Below, in pieces: positions 46,030 to 55,825 of a DNA stretch of 64,000 bases. Each line of letters opens with the position of its first letter. Position 1 is the first letter of the stretch. The stretch comes from Hoeflea sp. (GTDB lineage Bacteria; Pseudomonadota; Alphaproteobacteria; Rhizobiales; Rhizobiaceae): assembly GCF_965204935.1 (NCBI RefSeq), contig NZ_CBDBFO010000002.1. The stretch is one strand, 5' to 3'. The translations under genes were made by a program, and so were the position numbers. The notes under the pieces were generated by a model. The model had not been told where the DNA came from, ran no database searches, and saw only the letters and a list, made by a program, of their open reading frames with translations.

Positions 46030-46050
46030 ATTATTGAATTTTTCGATAAT
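46030..46050. promoter_or_regulatory. Candidate LysR box (ATTATTGAA-TTT-TTCGATAAT, imperfect dyad)
   Basis: AT-rich imperfect palindrome 21 bp upstream of the LysR start, within the divergent region leading to the P450 gene. Confidence 0.3.
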
Positions 46051-46131
46051 CTAGATTGAGGTCATTTGATTGACAAGTAACCGGGCGCTCCCATTCTAGG
46101 ACATCACCGCGCCGAATCTGATGGAGGCTTT

Positions 46132-47313
46132 ATGGCCGCGCCCGTTCCCGTCATGGATGACATCTCGATTGCCACGCTGACGGCGGATCCCTATCCGAGC
46201 TTTCGCCGCATGCGCGAGGCGGCCTCGGTCGTCTGGGTCAGCGATGCACGCATCAATCTCGTCACCCGGTTCGAGGACATCATGACCGTCGAGCGCGACC
46301 ACGGGCGCTTTGCCTCGACCAATCCCGGCTCCCTGATGAACAAGGTCATGGGCCACTCACTGATGCGCAAGGATGACGAGGCGCACCAGGTGGAGCGCAA
46401 GGCGATCGAACCGTCCTTCAGGCCCGGGGTCGTCAAGAACCATTGGACACCGGTTTTCGACCGGATCGCCGATCAATTGATCGACAGCTTCGCGGATGAT
46501 GGCGAAGCGGATCTGTTCGACCGTTTCGCCGCGCCGATGGCCTCGCTTTGCCTCTGCGAGATGATCGGCTTCAAGGACGTCGCCTGGCAGGACCTCGCCG
46601 CCTGGTCACAGGCGCTGATGGATGGCGTCAGCAATTATGGCACCGATCCGCAGACCGCGCACCGGGCCGCCGCCGCGTCGGACGCCATAGACGCAGCCAT
46701 CGACGCGGTGCTCGACGATTACCGGGACAAGCCGGAGGCGACCATCCTGTCGTCAATGCTGCATGCCGAAAGCCCCCATTCGCTGGAACAGATACGCGCC
46801 AATATCAAGGTCATCATCGGCGGCGGCCTCAACGAACCGCGCGACTCCATTCTGACCACCGTCTACGGACTTCTGCTCAACCCGGAACAGCGCGCCCGCG
46901 TCGAGGCCGATCCGACGCTTTACCGCACGGCCTTCGAGGAGGCCGTGCGCTGGGTGTCGCCCATCGGCATGTATCCGCGCCGCGTCACCTGTGACACGGT
47001 GCTCGGCGACACGCAGCTCAAGGAGGGCGATCAGCTCGGTATCTGCGTCGGCGCGGCCAACCGGGACGAGACCCGGTTTTCCGATCCGGACGCCTACGAC
47101 ATATTCCGCGAACGCAGCTCGCATCTCGGATTTGGTGCCGGGCCGCACTTTTGCGCCGGGACCTGGGTGGCGCGCCAGATGGTCGGCGAGATTGCGGTTC
47201 CGAAGCTGTTTAGCCGGCTGTCAAAGCTGCGCCTTGACGACAACAGGCCGGCGATCATGAAGGGCTGGGTGTTTCGCGGGCCGGTCTCCCTGCCGGTACG
47301 CTGGGAGATCTGA
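46132..47313 (+). CDS. Cytochrome P450
   Basis: Canonical haem loop FGAGPHFCAG, EEAVRW (ExxR) and a bacterial class I size of 393 aa. Confidence 0.9.
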   Translation: MAAPVPVMDDISIATLTADPYPSFRRMREAASVVWVSDARINLVTRFEDIMTVERDHGRFASTNPGSLMNKVMGHSLMRKDDEAHQVERKAIEPSFRPGVVKNHWTPVFDRIADQLIDSFADDGEADLFDRFAAPMASLCLCEMIGFKDVAWQDLAAWSQALMDGVSNYGTDPQTAHRAAAASDAIDAAIDAVLDDYRDKPEATILSSMLHAESPHSLEQIRANIKVIIGGGLNEPRDSILTTVYGLLLNPEQRARVEADPTLYRTAFEEAVRWVSPIGMYPRRVTCDTVLGDTQLKEGDQLGICVGAANRDETRFSDPDAYDIFRERSSHLGFGAGPHFCAGTWVARQMVGEIAVPKLFSRLSKLRLDDNRPAIMKGWVFRGPVSLPVRWEI

Positions 47314-47315
47314 AA

Positions 47316-47636
47316 TTGGTCAAAGTTACCTTTGTGCAGCCCGATGGCAGCCGCCTCGAGGTCGAGGCGGAGCCTGGGCAGTCGATCATGCAGACCGCCC
47401 TTTCGCACAATGTCGTCGGCATAACCGCCGAATGCAACGGATCGGCCGCCTGCGCCACGTGCCACGCCTATTTCGATGAGGCCAGCCTGAATGGTCTCGA
47501 AAAAATGCAGGAGCACGAGAACGACATGCTGGATTTTGCGGCCAGCGAACGCCGCTCCGGAAGCCGCCTGAGCTGCCAGGTCAAGGTCACCGAAGCACTC
47601 GACGGGATTGTCGTGACGTTGCCGGAAATGCAGTAG
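47316..47636 (+). CDS. 2Fe-2S ferredoxin, adrenodoxin/putidaredoxin type
   Basis: C-x5-C-x2-C ... C pattern (ECNGSAACATCH ... SCQ). TTG start 2 nt after the P450 stop with GGGAGA upstream. Confidence 0.85.
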   Translation: MVKVTFVQPDGSRLEVEAEPGQSIMQTALSHNVVGITAECNGSAACATCHAYFDEASLNGLEKMQEHENDMLDFAASERRSGSRLSCQVKVTEALDGIVVTLPEMQ

Positions 47637-47639
47637 CGC

Positions 47640-48548
47640 CTACTGCGCCAGGCCCTCGGCCTCGAACCGTGCAACGCAGGCCGGAATATCGGCGTGGTAC
47701 TTTCCGAGCACCTCCACCACCAGCCGCGGCTTGTCGGCATGATCGCGCAGTGCCTCGAAGAAGGCCGGCCATAAGATCGTTCCCGATCCGGGCAGCCAGT
47801 GCCGGTCGGCAAAGCCGTCCGCATCCTGAAGATGCACATGGGCCAGATGCTTGCCGGCAGCCTTGAGGAAATAGTCGACCGGCGGCGCGCCTGTCGCCTT
47901 GTGCGCCCATTGGGCATGACCGGTGTCGATCGAGACCCGCACCAAGTTGCTGTCGAAGGATTCGGCAAGCCGCACCCGCTCATACGGATCGACATCCTGG
48001 ATGTTCTCGATCACCAGTTCGCAGCCGATGTTCTCGGCACGCTTGACGACCGGAGCGAGGACGGTGTGGCAGCATTCAAACAGATGATCCTTTAGCCAGC
48101 CGCCATTGTCGAAATTGCCGTGATGCCAGAGCGTGAACGGGCTGTGCACGACCATTTGGGTGGCACCCAGCGCCTCGCAGACGCCGAGGCCCTGCAGGTA
48201 TCGTTTCTGCACGATCGCCTGCACCTCCGGATCGGCGACACTCATGTCCAGTCCGAAAAAGAGCCCGTGTATGCCGACGCGTCCCTGGTATCCGTCCAGG
48301 AGCTTTTCATAGCGCGCGACGATTTCCTGCCAGTCGCTCTCCAGCACCTGCGGCCGGACGAAATCCTGCAGTTCGAGATCCCGGTCCTTGTCAAACAGCC
48401 AGTCCCGCAAGTGTTCGACGCTTTCAATGGGCAGCGCCGCTCCGATGACCGGCAGGTTATCGTTGGTCTGGTTCACAATTTCCTCCGGTGCGGTCGGTCG
48501 AACTGGGCCGCCCCACAATTCCGGACGCCAGATAGGCGTTGTAGTCAC
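47640..48548 (-). CDS. Sugar phosphate isomerase/epimerase, xylose-isomerase-like TIM barrel
   Basis: VHSPF, ELVIENIQD, SIDTGHAQ and HVHLQDADG metal-site-like motifs typical of the AP_endonuc_2 fold. Confidence 0.8.
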   Translation of the reverse strand: MTTTPIWRPELWGGPVRPTAPEEIVNQTNDNLPVIGAALPIESVEHLRDWLFDKDRDLELQDFVRPQVLESDWQEIVARYEKLLDGYQGRVGIHGLFFGLDMSVADPEVQAIVQKRYLQGLGVCEALGATQMVVHSPFTLWHHGNFDNGGWLKDHLFECCHTVLAPVVKRAENIGCELVIENIQDVDPYERVRLAESFDSNLVRVSIDTGHAQWAHKATGAPPVDYFLKAAGKHLAHVHLQDADGFADRHWLPGSGTILWPAFFEALRDHADKPRLVVEVLGKYHADIPACVARFEAEGLAQ

Positions 48549-48750
48549 CGGGCGATGACGATTGTGTAACAGCCCGGTGAAATCTGCATGACCGGCACGG
48601 TTGATCGTGTTGCAAATCGACTGAAAATATTTAACATGTTATGTAAATTCAGGGATACAGGCCGCGATGCGGAGGCCGGGGCGATGTGCGCTATGGATTC
48701 GCACGCGCTCAGCCGATAGGCTCGCCCGGTCCAAAAGAGGAACCGCGTCA

Positions 48751-50174
48751 ATGGACAAATCCGATTTTCGCAAATGGTCGCACAAGGCGAGCGACTGGTC
48801 CGCCGACTATCTCGAAACACTGACGGACCGGCCGGTGCGCGCCCAGGTCCGACCCGGCGATATCGGCAGGCTGATCGGGGAAAGCCCGCCGCAGGACGCC
48901 CATGCGATGGACGAGATCTTTGCCGATTTCGAGCGCATCATTCCGGACGGCATGACCCACTGGCAGCATCCGCGCTTCTTCGCCTACTTTCCGAGCAATG
49001 CGGCACCGGCAGCGGTCATTGCCGAGCAGCTGGCGACGGCCATCGGCGCCCAGTGCATGCTGTGGCAGACCTCGCCGGCGGCAACGGAGCTCGAGGTCCG
49101 AATGGTCGACTGGCTGCGCCAGGCGCTCGGCCTGCCGGAGGATTACAAGGGCACATTCCAGGACACGGCGTCTTCGGCGACGCTGTGCGCGGTTCTGACG
49201 ATGCGCGAACGGGCGCTCGACTGGTCCGGCAACCGGACCGGCTGTTTGGGCACAAACCATTGCGCGTCTACGCCTCCAAGGGGACACACAGCTCCGTCGA
49301 CAAGGCCATGTGGGTGTCCGGCCTGGGCCAGGACAATCTTGTCCATATCCCGGTCGATCACAGCGGCTCCATGGACATCGAGAAGCTGAAGGCGGCGATC
49401 GCGGCGGATCGGGATGCCGGTTATCAGCCGGCCGGCCTCGTGGTGTGCGTCGGCGGAACCTCGACCGGCGCAACGGACGATGTCGCGGCCGCCTGTGCCG
49501 TCGGCCGCGCCGAGGGGCTCTACATCCATGTCGATGCCGCCTGGGCGGGCTCGGCGATGATCTGTCCGGAGTTCCGCCATCTTTGGGAAGGGGTCGAAGC
49601 GGCGGACAGCATCGTCTTCAATCCGCACAAGTGGCTCGGCGCGCCGATGGAGTGTTCCGCCCATTTCGTGCGCGATCCGGAAACGCTTGTGCGGACCCTT
49701 GCCATCCAGCCCGAATATCTCAAGACCTACGGCAAGGAGGGGCTGGTCAATTTCAGCGAATGGTCAGTGCAGCTCGGCCGCCGCTTCCGGGCGCTCAAGA
49801 TCTGGTTCCTGCTGCGTGCCTACGGTCTTGAGGGCCTGCGGACCATGATCCGCAACCATGTCGCCTGGTCGCAGGCACTTGCCGCCCGGCTCGAAGATGA
49901 GCCGGATTTCGAGATCACCACGCAGCCGGTCCTGTCGCTGTTTTCATTCCGCTACGTACCTGATGGCTATTCCGGTGATACCGACGAACTCAACCGCCGG
50001 CTGGTCAATGCCATCAACGATGACGGCCGCATCTATCTGACCCAGACGCTGCATGAGGGGCGGCAGGTCATCCGCTTCACCGCCGGCCCGTTCGAAATGG
50101 AAGAACAGGACGCGCAAATCGCATTCGTCACCATCTGCGGCATTGCCCGTGGCCTTGCATCCGGGGCCGGCTGA
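48751..50174 (+). pseudogene. Pyridoxal-dependent (group II, aromatic-L-amino-acid type) decarboxylase carrying a 1-nt frameshift
   Basis: The N-terminal part (frame of 48751) reads MDKSDFRKWSHKASDWSADYLE...HWQHPRFFAYFPSN...LDWSGNRTG. The rest, in the -1 frame, reads LFGHKPLRVYASKGTHSSVDKA...NPHKW (PLP lysine)... up to 50174. The junction is near 49230-49238. Confidence 0.75.
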
Positions 50175-50175
50175 C

Positions 50176-50565
50176 ATGCTCAAGCGCAACCGGCTGCAGC
50201 GCTATCTGTGGCTTGCCGCCGGTTGCGTCAGCCTGGCGCTGGGCATTATCGGCATCCCGCTGCCACTGCTGCCGACGACGCCCTTCCTGCTGCTGGCGGC
50301 ATTCTGCTTCGCCCGCGGCTCCGACAAGCTGCACCGCTGGCTGGTCAACCATCCGCGCCTTGGTCCGCCGATCCGCGACTGGGAAACCTATCGCGCCATT
50401 TCGAGGCGCGGCAAGATTCTGGCGATGGTCGCCATCGTCGCGGTGCTGGCGGCCAGCATCATTTTCGGCGCACCGCTCTATGTGATCATCATCCAGATCA
50501 TCGTCCTGTCCGCCGTCAGCACATTTATCCTGACGCGCCCGCGCCCGCCGCATGAGCGGCGATAA
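50176..50565 (+). CDS. ybaN: YbaN-family (DUF454) inner membrane protein
   Basis: The GIIGIPLPLLPTTPFLLLAAFCFARGS motif is typical of YbaN. The ATG at 50176 immediately follows the decarboxylase stop. Confidence 0.75.
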   Translation: MLKRNRLQRYLWLAAGCVSLALGIIGIPLPLLPTTPFLLLAAFCFARGSDKLHRWLVNHPRLGPPIRDWETYRAISRRGKILAMVAIVAVLAASIIFGAPLYVIIIQIIVLSAVSTFILTRPRPPHERR

Positions 50566-50567
50566 CT

Positions 50568-50872
50568 TGTCCTCACGGTTGAGCGCGGCTTCGCCGCTAA
50601 CCTCCGGACGGGGCGCCGAATAATCGGCGGCACGCAGTCGCGTGCGTTGAGTGCGTTCCTTTAGCCTCATGCATGAGCAGCGCTTCGCACCGAAGTCTTT
50701 TGCCTCGATAGTCGTGCATGGAAAAAAGATCCGAAGCTCGAAGAGCTTCGCAAGGCCGACCGGCCGTCGCCGCTCATGCGGCGCGCCCGCGCAGGCCAGC
50801 CGCGCAGCGGCGGTGCGGCCGTGAGCGCAAATAAATCAGCCAGCGGCGAAGCCGCGCTCAACCGTGAGGACA
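50568..50872. repeat. 305-bp intergenic element bounded by perfect 31-bp terminal inverted repeats (MITE- or RIME-like, or a very long hairpin)
   Basis: TGTCCTCACGGTTGAGCGCGGCTTCGCCGCT at 50568-50598 matches its exact reverse complement at 50842-50872. Internal small palindromes occur at 50615-50628, 50666-50677 and 50732-50750. Confidence 0.6.
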
Positions 50873-50873
50873 G

Positions 50874-53800
50874 TCAATGAAAGTTCCGCCCGCCGGGCAG
50901 CACCTTGCGGGTCGAGGCGTATTGCTGGTGGCCGGTGCTGCGCATCTGCGGCACCTGTTCGAAAAGATTGCGCAGCCGCATGGCCGGCCTTGGGCGCTCG
51001 CGCGGGTCGGTCGGCTCTCGCTTCACCTCGTCGGCGCGCGCCAGACCGTCAATCGGCCCGTCCGCGTCGCAAAGATCGGTAAGCAGCGGCGTCAGATCGT
51101 AGATCTCGCGCGCGACCACATGGATGACGCCATCCTCGGACTGCAGCGGCCCGCGCACCCCGATGAAGCGGCTGCCGATGACGATGGTGCGGTAGCGCTC
51201 GAAAACCTTCGGCCAGACGATCGCATTGGCAACGCCGCTCTCGTCTTCCAGTGTTTCGAACACCACGCCCTTGGCCGATCCCGGCCGCTGGCGCACCAGC
51301 ACGAGCCCGGCCACCGAAACAAAGCGCCCGGCGCGCAGATCCGGCAGCGCCGCCGCCGGCACATAACCGTCCCGGGCAAGGCTCTGGCGCACGAAGGAGA
51401 CCGGATGCGCCTTCAATGAGAAGGTCAGGCTGCGATAGTCGTTGATCACCTGTTCGCCGAGCGGCATCGGCGGCAATGTGACATCCGGCTCGCGCTGCAG
51501 GTCGCGGCTGCCGGCGGCCGCAAACAGCGGTAGGCGTTCGGCGGCGCCCAGCGGATCGAGCGCCCGTACCGCCCAGATCGCGTCGCGGCGCGACAGGCCG
51601 ATGGAGGAAAAGGCATCCGCCTCGGCGAGCTTTTCCATCGCCCGGCGCGACAGGCCCGAACGCATCCACAGATCGCGCACGCTGTCATAGCCCTCGCCGC
51701 GGTGCCTGAGGATCAGCTCCGCATCCTCTTCGCCAAGGCCCTTGATCTGGTGGAAACCGAGCCGCACCGCATGGCTGGTCTTCATCACCGGCGCCATCTC
51801 GGCGTGGCGCCTGGCGATCGCCTGCCTTTCGGCGCCCGCGGTTTCTAGCGTCGACAGCCAGGCCGAATGGTTGATGTCGACGGGCCGCATTTCGACGCCG
51901 TGCTCGCGCGCATCGCGCACCAGCTGCGCCGGCGCATAAAAGCCCATCGGCTGCGAATTGAGGATCGCCGCGCAGAAGACATCCGGATAGTAGCATTTGA
52001 GCCAGCAGGAGACGTAGACGAGCAGCGCGAAACTGGCGGCGTGGCTTTCGGGAAAGCCGTAATCGCCGAATCCCTCGATCTGGCTGAAGCAGTGTTCGGC
52101 GAAGTCGCGCTCGTAACCGTTGGCGACCATGCCCTCGACCATCTTGATGCGGAAATTGTGGATCGTGCCCACGCGCCGGAAGGTGGCCATCGCCCGGCGC
52201 AGCTTGTCGGCCTCGCCGGGTTCGAAATTCGCCGCCACGATGGCGATGTTCATCGCCTGCTCCTGGAACAGCGGCACGCCGAGCGTCTTGGCAAGCACCT
52301 CCTTCAATTCCTGCTTGGGATAGGAGACCGGCTCCTTGCCCTGCCGACGCCTGAGATAGGGGTGCACCATGTCGCCCTGGATGGGCCCCGGCCGCACGAT
52401 CGCCACCTCGATGACGAGGTCGTAATAGCAGCGCGGCTTCAGCCGCGGCAGCATCGACATCTGCGCCCGGCTCTCGATCTGGAAGACGCCGATCGTATCG
52501 GCCCGGCAGATCATGTCATAGACATTGCTGTCGCCGTCGGGCAGCGACGAGAGCGTCTCGCTGCGGCCGTAATGGCTTTCCAGGAATTCGAAAGCCTTGC
52601 GGATGCAGCTCAGCATGCCAAGGCCGAGCACGTCGATCTTCAGCATGCCGAGGCTTTCAAGGTCGTCCTTGTCCCATTCGACGACGGTGCGGTCTTCCAT
52701 CGCCGCGTTTTCGATCGGGATCACCGAGCTCAGCCGGTCGCGGGTGATCACGAAACCGCCGACATGCTGGGAAAGGTGGCGCGGAAAGCCGATGATCTGG
52801 CTGGCCATGTCGAGGATCTGCATGAGGTGCTTGTCGTTCGGGTCGAGCCCGGCGCGGCGTGCATCCTCGGCGTCGAGCCTGGAGGAAGACGAGCCCCAGC
52901 GCGTTCCCGACACCGCTGTGATGACATCGTCGGAAAGCTCGAAGACCTTGCCGACCTCGCGCAGCGCCGAGCGGCCGCGATAGGTGATCACCGTCGCCGC
53001 CAGCCCGGCGCGGTCGCGGCCGTATTTCTGGTAGATATACTGGATCACTTCCTCGCGCCGCTCATGCTCGAAATCGACATCGATGTCGGGCGGCTCGTTA
53101 CGCTCCTTTGAAATGAAGCGCTCGAACAAAAGGTCGACCTTTTCCGGGTCCACCTCGGTGATGCGCAGGCAGTAGCACACGGCCGAGTTGGCCGCCGATC
53201 CGCGCCCCTGGCACAATATGCCCCGGCTCCTTGAAAAGCGAACGATGTCGTAGACGGTCAAAAAATAGGGTGCGTAATCGAGCTCGCGGATAAGGCCGAG
53301 CTCATGCTCGAGCGCCGCCAGCACCTTTTTTGGCGCCCCGTCCGGATAACGGTCCGCCAAGCCCTCGGCGGTAAGCCGCTCCAGCGTCTCCTGTGGGGGC
53401 GTGCTGCTTCCGGTCGGCTCCTCCGGATAGAGGTACCGGAGCTCGTCAAGCGAGAACGACAGCCGGCTAAAGAGCTTCTCCGTCTCGGCGACGGCCTGTT
53501 CATAGCCCCGGAAGAGGCGCCGCATTTCCACGGCGTCGCGCAGGTGCCGCTCGGCATTGGGTTCGAGCTGCCGTCCCGCCTCGCGCAGCGTCAGGTGCTC
53601 GCGGATGCAGGTCACCACGTCCTGAAGGAAGCGCCGCTCGGGCGCGTGGTAAAGCACGTCCCCCACCGCCAGCATCGGCAGGCCCGACTGCCGGGCAAGG
53701 CTGGCGATCGCCGCGAGCAGGCGCTGGTCGGCGGCGCCGTAGCGCCAGGCGGCGGCAAGATAGACGGCGCCGGAAAAACGCTTTCCCAGCGTTGCAAGGC

Positions 53801-54221
53801 AGGCGGGCGTGTCAAGCGGCAGCACCGGTGCCGGCACCACGGCCATGATCAGCCCGTCGCCATGGTCAAGAAGGTCCGCAAGGCCGAGATGGCACTCGCC
53901 CTTCGGCGCCCGCCGCTTGCCGAGCGTCAGCAGCTCGCACAGCCGCCCATAGGCGGCCCGGTCCTGCGGCCACACGAGAATGTCGGGCGTGCCGTCGCAG
54001 AACACCAGCCGGCAGCCCGGCGCGAAGGGCAGCTTCGCCTCCTTGGCGGCCATGTGGGCCCGGACCACGCCGGCCAGCGAATTGCGGTCGGCAACGCTCA
54101 GGCCCTTCAGGCCGAGCCGGGCGGCTTCAATGACCAGCTCCTCGGGATGCGACGCGCCGCGCAGGAAGGAGAAGTTGCTGGTGGCGGCAAGCTCCACATA
54201 GCCGCAAGAAGTATCGGTCAT
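50874..54221 (-). CDS. dnaE2: Error-prone DNA polymerase III alpha-subunit paralogue DnaE2 (ImuC)
   Basis: PHP-domain N-terminus YVELAATSNFSFLRGASHPEE and a length of about 1115 aa. An ATGA overlap with imuB sets the start at 54221. Confidence 0.9.
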   Translation of the reverse strand: MTDTSCGYVELAATSNFSFLRGASHPEELVIEAARLGLKGLSVADRNSLAGVVRAHMAAKEAKLPFAPGCRLVFCDGTPDILVWPQDRAAYGRLCELLTLGKRRAPKGECHLGLADLLDHGDGLIMAVVPAPVLPLDTPACLATLGKRFSGAVYLAAAWRYGAADQRLLAAIASLARQSGLPMLAVGDVLYHAPERRFLQDVVTCIREHLTLREAGRQLEPNAERHLRDAVEMRRLFRGYEQAVAETEKLFSRLSFSLDELRYLYPEEPTGSSTPPQETLERLTAEGLADRYPDGAPKKVLAALEHELGLIRELDYAPYFLTVYDIVRFSRSRGILCQGRGSAANSAVCYCLRITEVDPEKVDLLFERFISKERNEPPDIDVDFEHERREEVIQYIYQKYGRDRAGLAATVITYRGRSALREVGKVFELSDDVITAVSGTRWGSSSSRLDAEDARRAGLDPNDKHLMQILDMASQIIGFPRHLSQHVGGFVITRDRLSSVIPIENAAMEDRTVVEWDKDDLESLGMLKIDVLGLGMLSCIRKAFEFLESHYGRSETLSSLPDGDSNVYDMICRADTIGVFQIESRAQMSMLPRLKPRCYYDLVIEVAIVRPGPIQGDMVHPYLRRRQGKEPVSYPKQELKEVLAKTLGVPLFQEQAMNIAIVAANFEPGEADKLRRAMATFRRVGTIHNFRIKMVEGMVANGYERDFAEHCFSQIEGFGDYGFPESHAASFALLVYVSCWLKCYYPDVFCAAILNSQPMGFYAPAQLVRDAREHGVEMRPVDINHSAWLSTLETAGAERQAIARRHAEMAPVMKTSHAVRLGFHQIKGLGEEDAELILRHRGEGYDSVRDLWMRSGLSRRAMEKLAEADAFSSIGLSRRDAIWAVRALDPLGAAERLPLFAAAGSRDLQREPDVTLPPMPLGEQVINDYRSLTFSLKAHPVSFVRQSLARDGYVPAAALPDLRAGRFVSVAGLVLVRQRPGSAKGVVFETLEDESGVANAIVWPKVFERYRTIVIGSRFIGVRGPLQSEDGVIHVVAREIYDLTPLLTDLCDADGPIDGLARADEVKREPTDPRERPRPAMRLRNLFEQVPQMRSTGHQQYASTRKVLPGGRNFH

Positions 54222-55825
54222 GCGAACAGCCCGTGCATGAACCATGTCGGATCGCGCGTTTCACGCTCGAACAGGCCCTGGCGGAAGATCCAGAAGCGGT
54301 GGCCCTCATCATCCTCGACCCGGAAATAGTCGCGGCTTTGGCCGCCGCGCCCGTCGCGCCACCATTCGCAGGCAATGCGCTCCGGGCCTTCCGAGCGCAC
54401 GACGCGGTAGAGCGTCCTGCGCCAGCGGAATCGGATCGGCGGGCCGTCCGGCACCTCGGCAACGGCCTCGACCGGCTCGGGCCGGTCGAACAGCAGCACC
54501 GGCCGGGTCAGGACGGCGGCGCTGCCTTGCCCGTTGGCGGATGGCGCGTCATCGCTCCACAAGAGCGCTTCGGGTGCCTTGCCGGCGCCAGCCTGCGCCA
54601 CAAGACCGAAGCTGCGTTCTGGAATATGGGTGTCGGCGGCGGCGAAGCGCAGCACCCGGTCCGTGCCGAGGCGTGCGCCGAGCTTGTCGACAAGATTGAT
54701 GAACGCTTCGCCCCGCGCCTGTCCGCCGCCGAGATCGGCCTGCTCCACCGGCCGATCCTCGCTCTCCGTGACGTTGAGGCGGATGAGGTCGAAGCCGAAA
54801 CCGGCATCCATGTCCTCGTGAAAGCCGGCAATGCGCTCGCGGAACAGCATCATGATGCGTTCGGGCTGGTAGACAGGGCTTGCCGCGCGCACGGCAATCG
54901 ACGTGACGTGCCCATCGACGCGGAACAGCTTGAGTTCCAGCGTCCGTGCGCCGAGCTGGCGCGCGTCGAGCCGCGGCTTCAGATTGCCGGCAAGCTGCAG
55001 GGCGGTGCGTTCGATGTCCTCCACCAGGGCGATCGGCTCGGCAAAGATGCGCTCGGAAGAAAGTTCCGGCACCGGCAGGCGCGGCGAGATCGCCTCTTCC
55101 TCGCGCCCCAGCGCCTGGTCGAGACGCAAAAGCAGGCTGTTGCCGAAGCGGGCGGCGAGCGGTGCGCGCGGCAGGGCGGCGATGCAGCCGACGGTGCGAA
55201 GGCCGAGCTTTCGCAGCATGTCGAGCATCTCCGTCTCGAGGCGCAGCCCCGCGAGCGGCAGGTCGAGCAGCGCCTCGCCATGCCGGCCCGGCGCGACGGC
55301 CGCCCGGTCGCTGTAGCGGGCAAAGGCCCAGGCGGCGCCGGGCGTATCGGCAATCGCCGCATGGGCAAGGATGCCCGCAGCGCGCAGCCGGGCGACAAGA
55401 TCGCCGCGCATCGCCTCTTCGCCGCCAAACAGATGGGCACAGCCGGAAATATCCAGGAACAGGCCGGGCGCGTTTCCGGCGACATTGGCCGCAAGCTGCT
55501 CCACCGCCACCAGCGGCGTATAGCGGTCGCACCAGGCGGCAATCGCCTCGAGCAGCGCCGCATCCGCCTCCGGGTCGTCATCGAAGACATCGAGATCGGG
55601 AAACAGCGCCCGCGCGTCGCTCAGCGTCTGCCCGACGCGCAGCCCCGCCCGGTGGCCATGGCCGTCCACGGCGACGAGGCGCATGGCGTTCTTGACTTTG
55701 GCGGTCGCGGCAAGGGGCGGCGCGTCAGGACGCCCGTTCAAACGCCATGACCTGCCCCATTTCCGACGCGCTGTCCGGTCGGTGGAGAGCTGCGGCAGGG
55801 CGATCGACATGATCCGTTGGGACAT
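54218..55825 (-). CDS. imuB: ImuB, a Y-family-polymerase-like protein of the imuA-imuB-dnaE2 cassette
   Basis: Sits between imuA and dnaE2. Y-family-like N-terminus ...LPQLSTDR...LVAVD...GLRVGQTLSDARALFPDL. The start is uncertain (55825 or 55810). Confidence 0.8.
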   Translation of the reverse strand: MSQRIMSIALPQLSTDRTARRKWGRSWRLNGRPDAPPLAATAKVKNAMRLVAVDGHGHRAGLRVGQTLSDARALFPDLDVFDDDPEADAALLEAIAAWCDRYTPLVAVEQLAANVAGNAPGLFLDISGCAHLFGGEEAMRGDLVARLRAAGILAHAAIADTPGAAWAFARYSDRAAVAPGRHGEALLDLPLAGLRLETEMLDMLRKLGLRTVGCIAALPRAPLAARFGNSLLLRLDQALGREEEAISPRLPVPELSSERIFAEPIALVEDIERTALQLAGNLKPRLDARQLGARTLELKLFRVDGHVTSIAVRAASPVYQPERIMMLFRERIAGFHEDMDAGFGFDLIRLNVTESEDRPVEQADLGGGQARGEAFINLVDKLGARLGTDRVLRFAAADTHIPERSFGLVAQAGAGKAPEALLWSDDAPSANGQGSAAVLTRPVLLFDRPEPVEAVAEVPDGPPIRFRWRRTLYRVVRSEGPERIACEWWRDGRGGQSRDYFRVEDDEGHRFWIFRQGLFERETRDPTWFMHGLFA

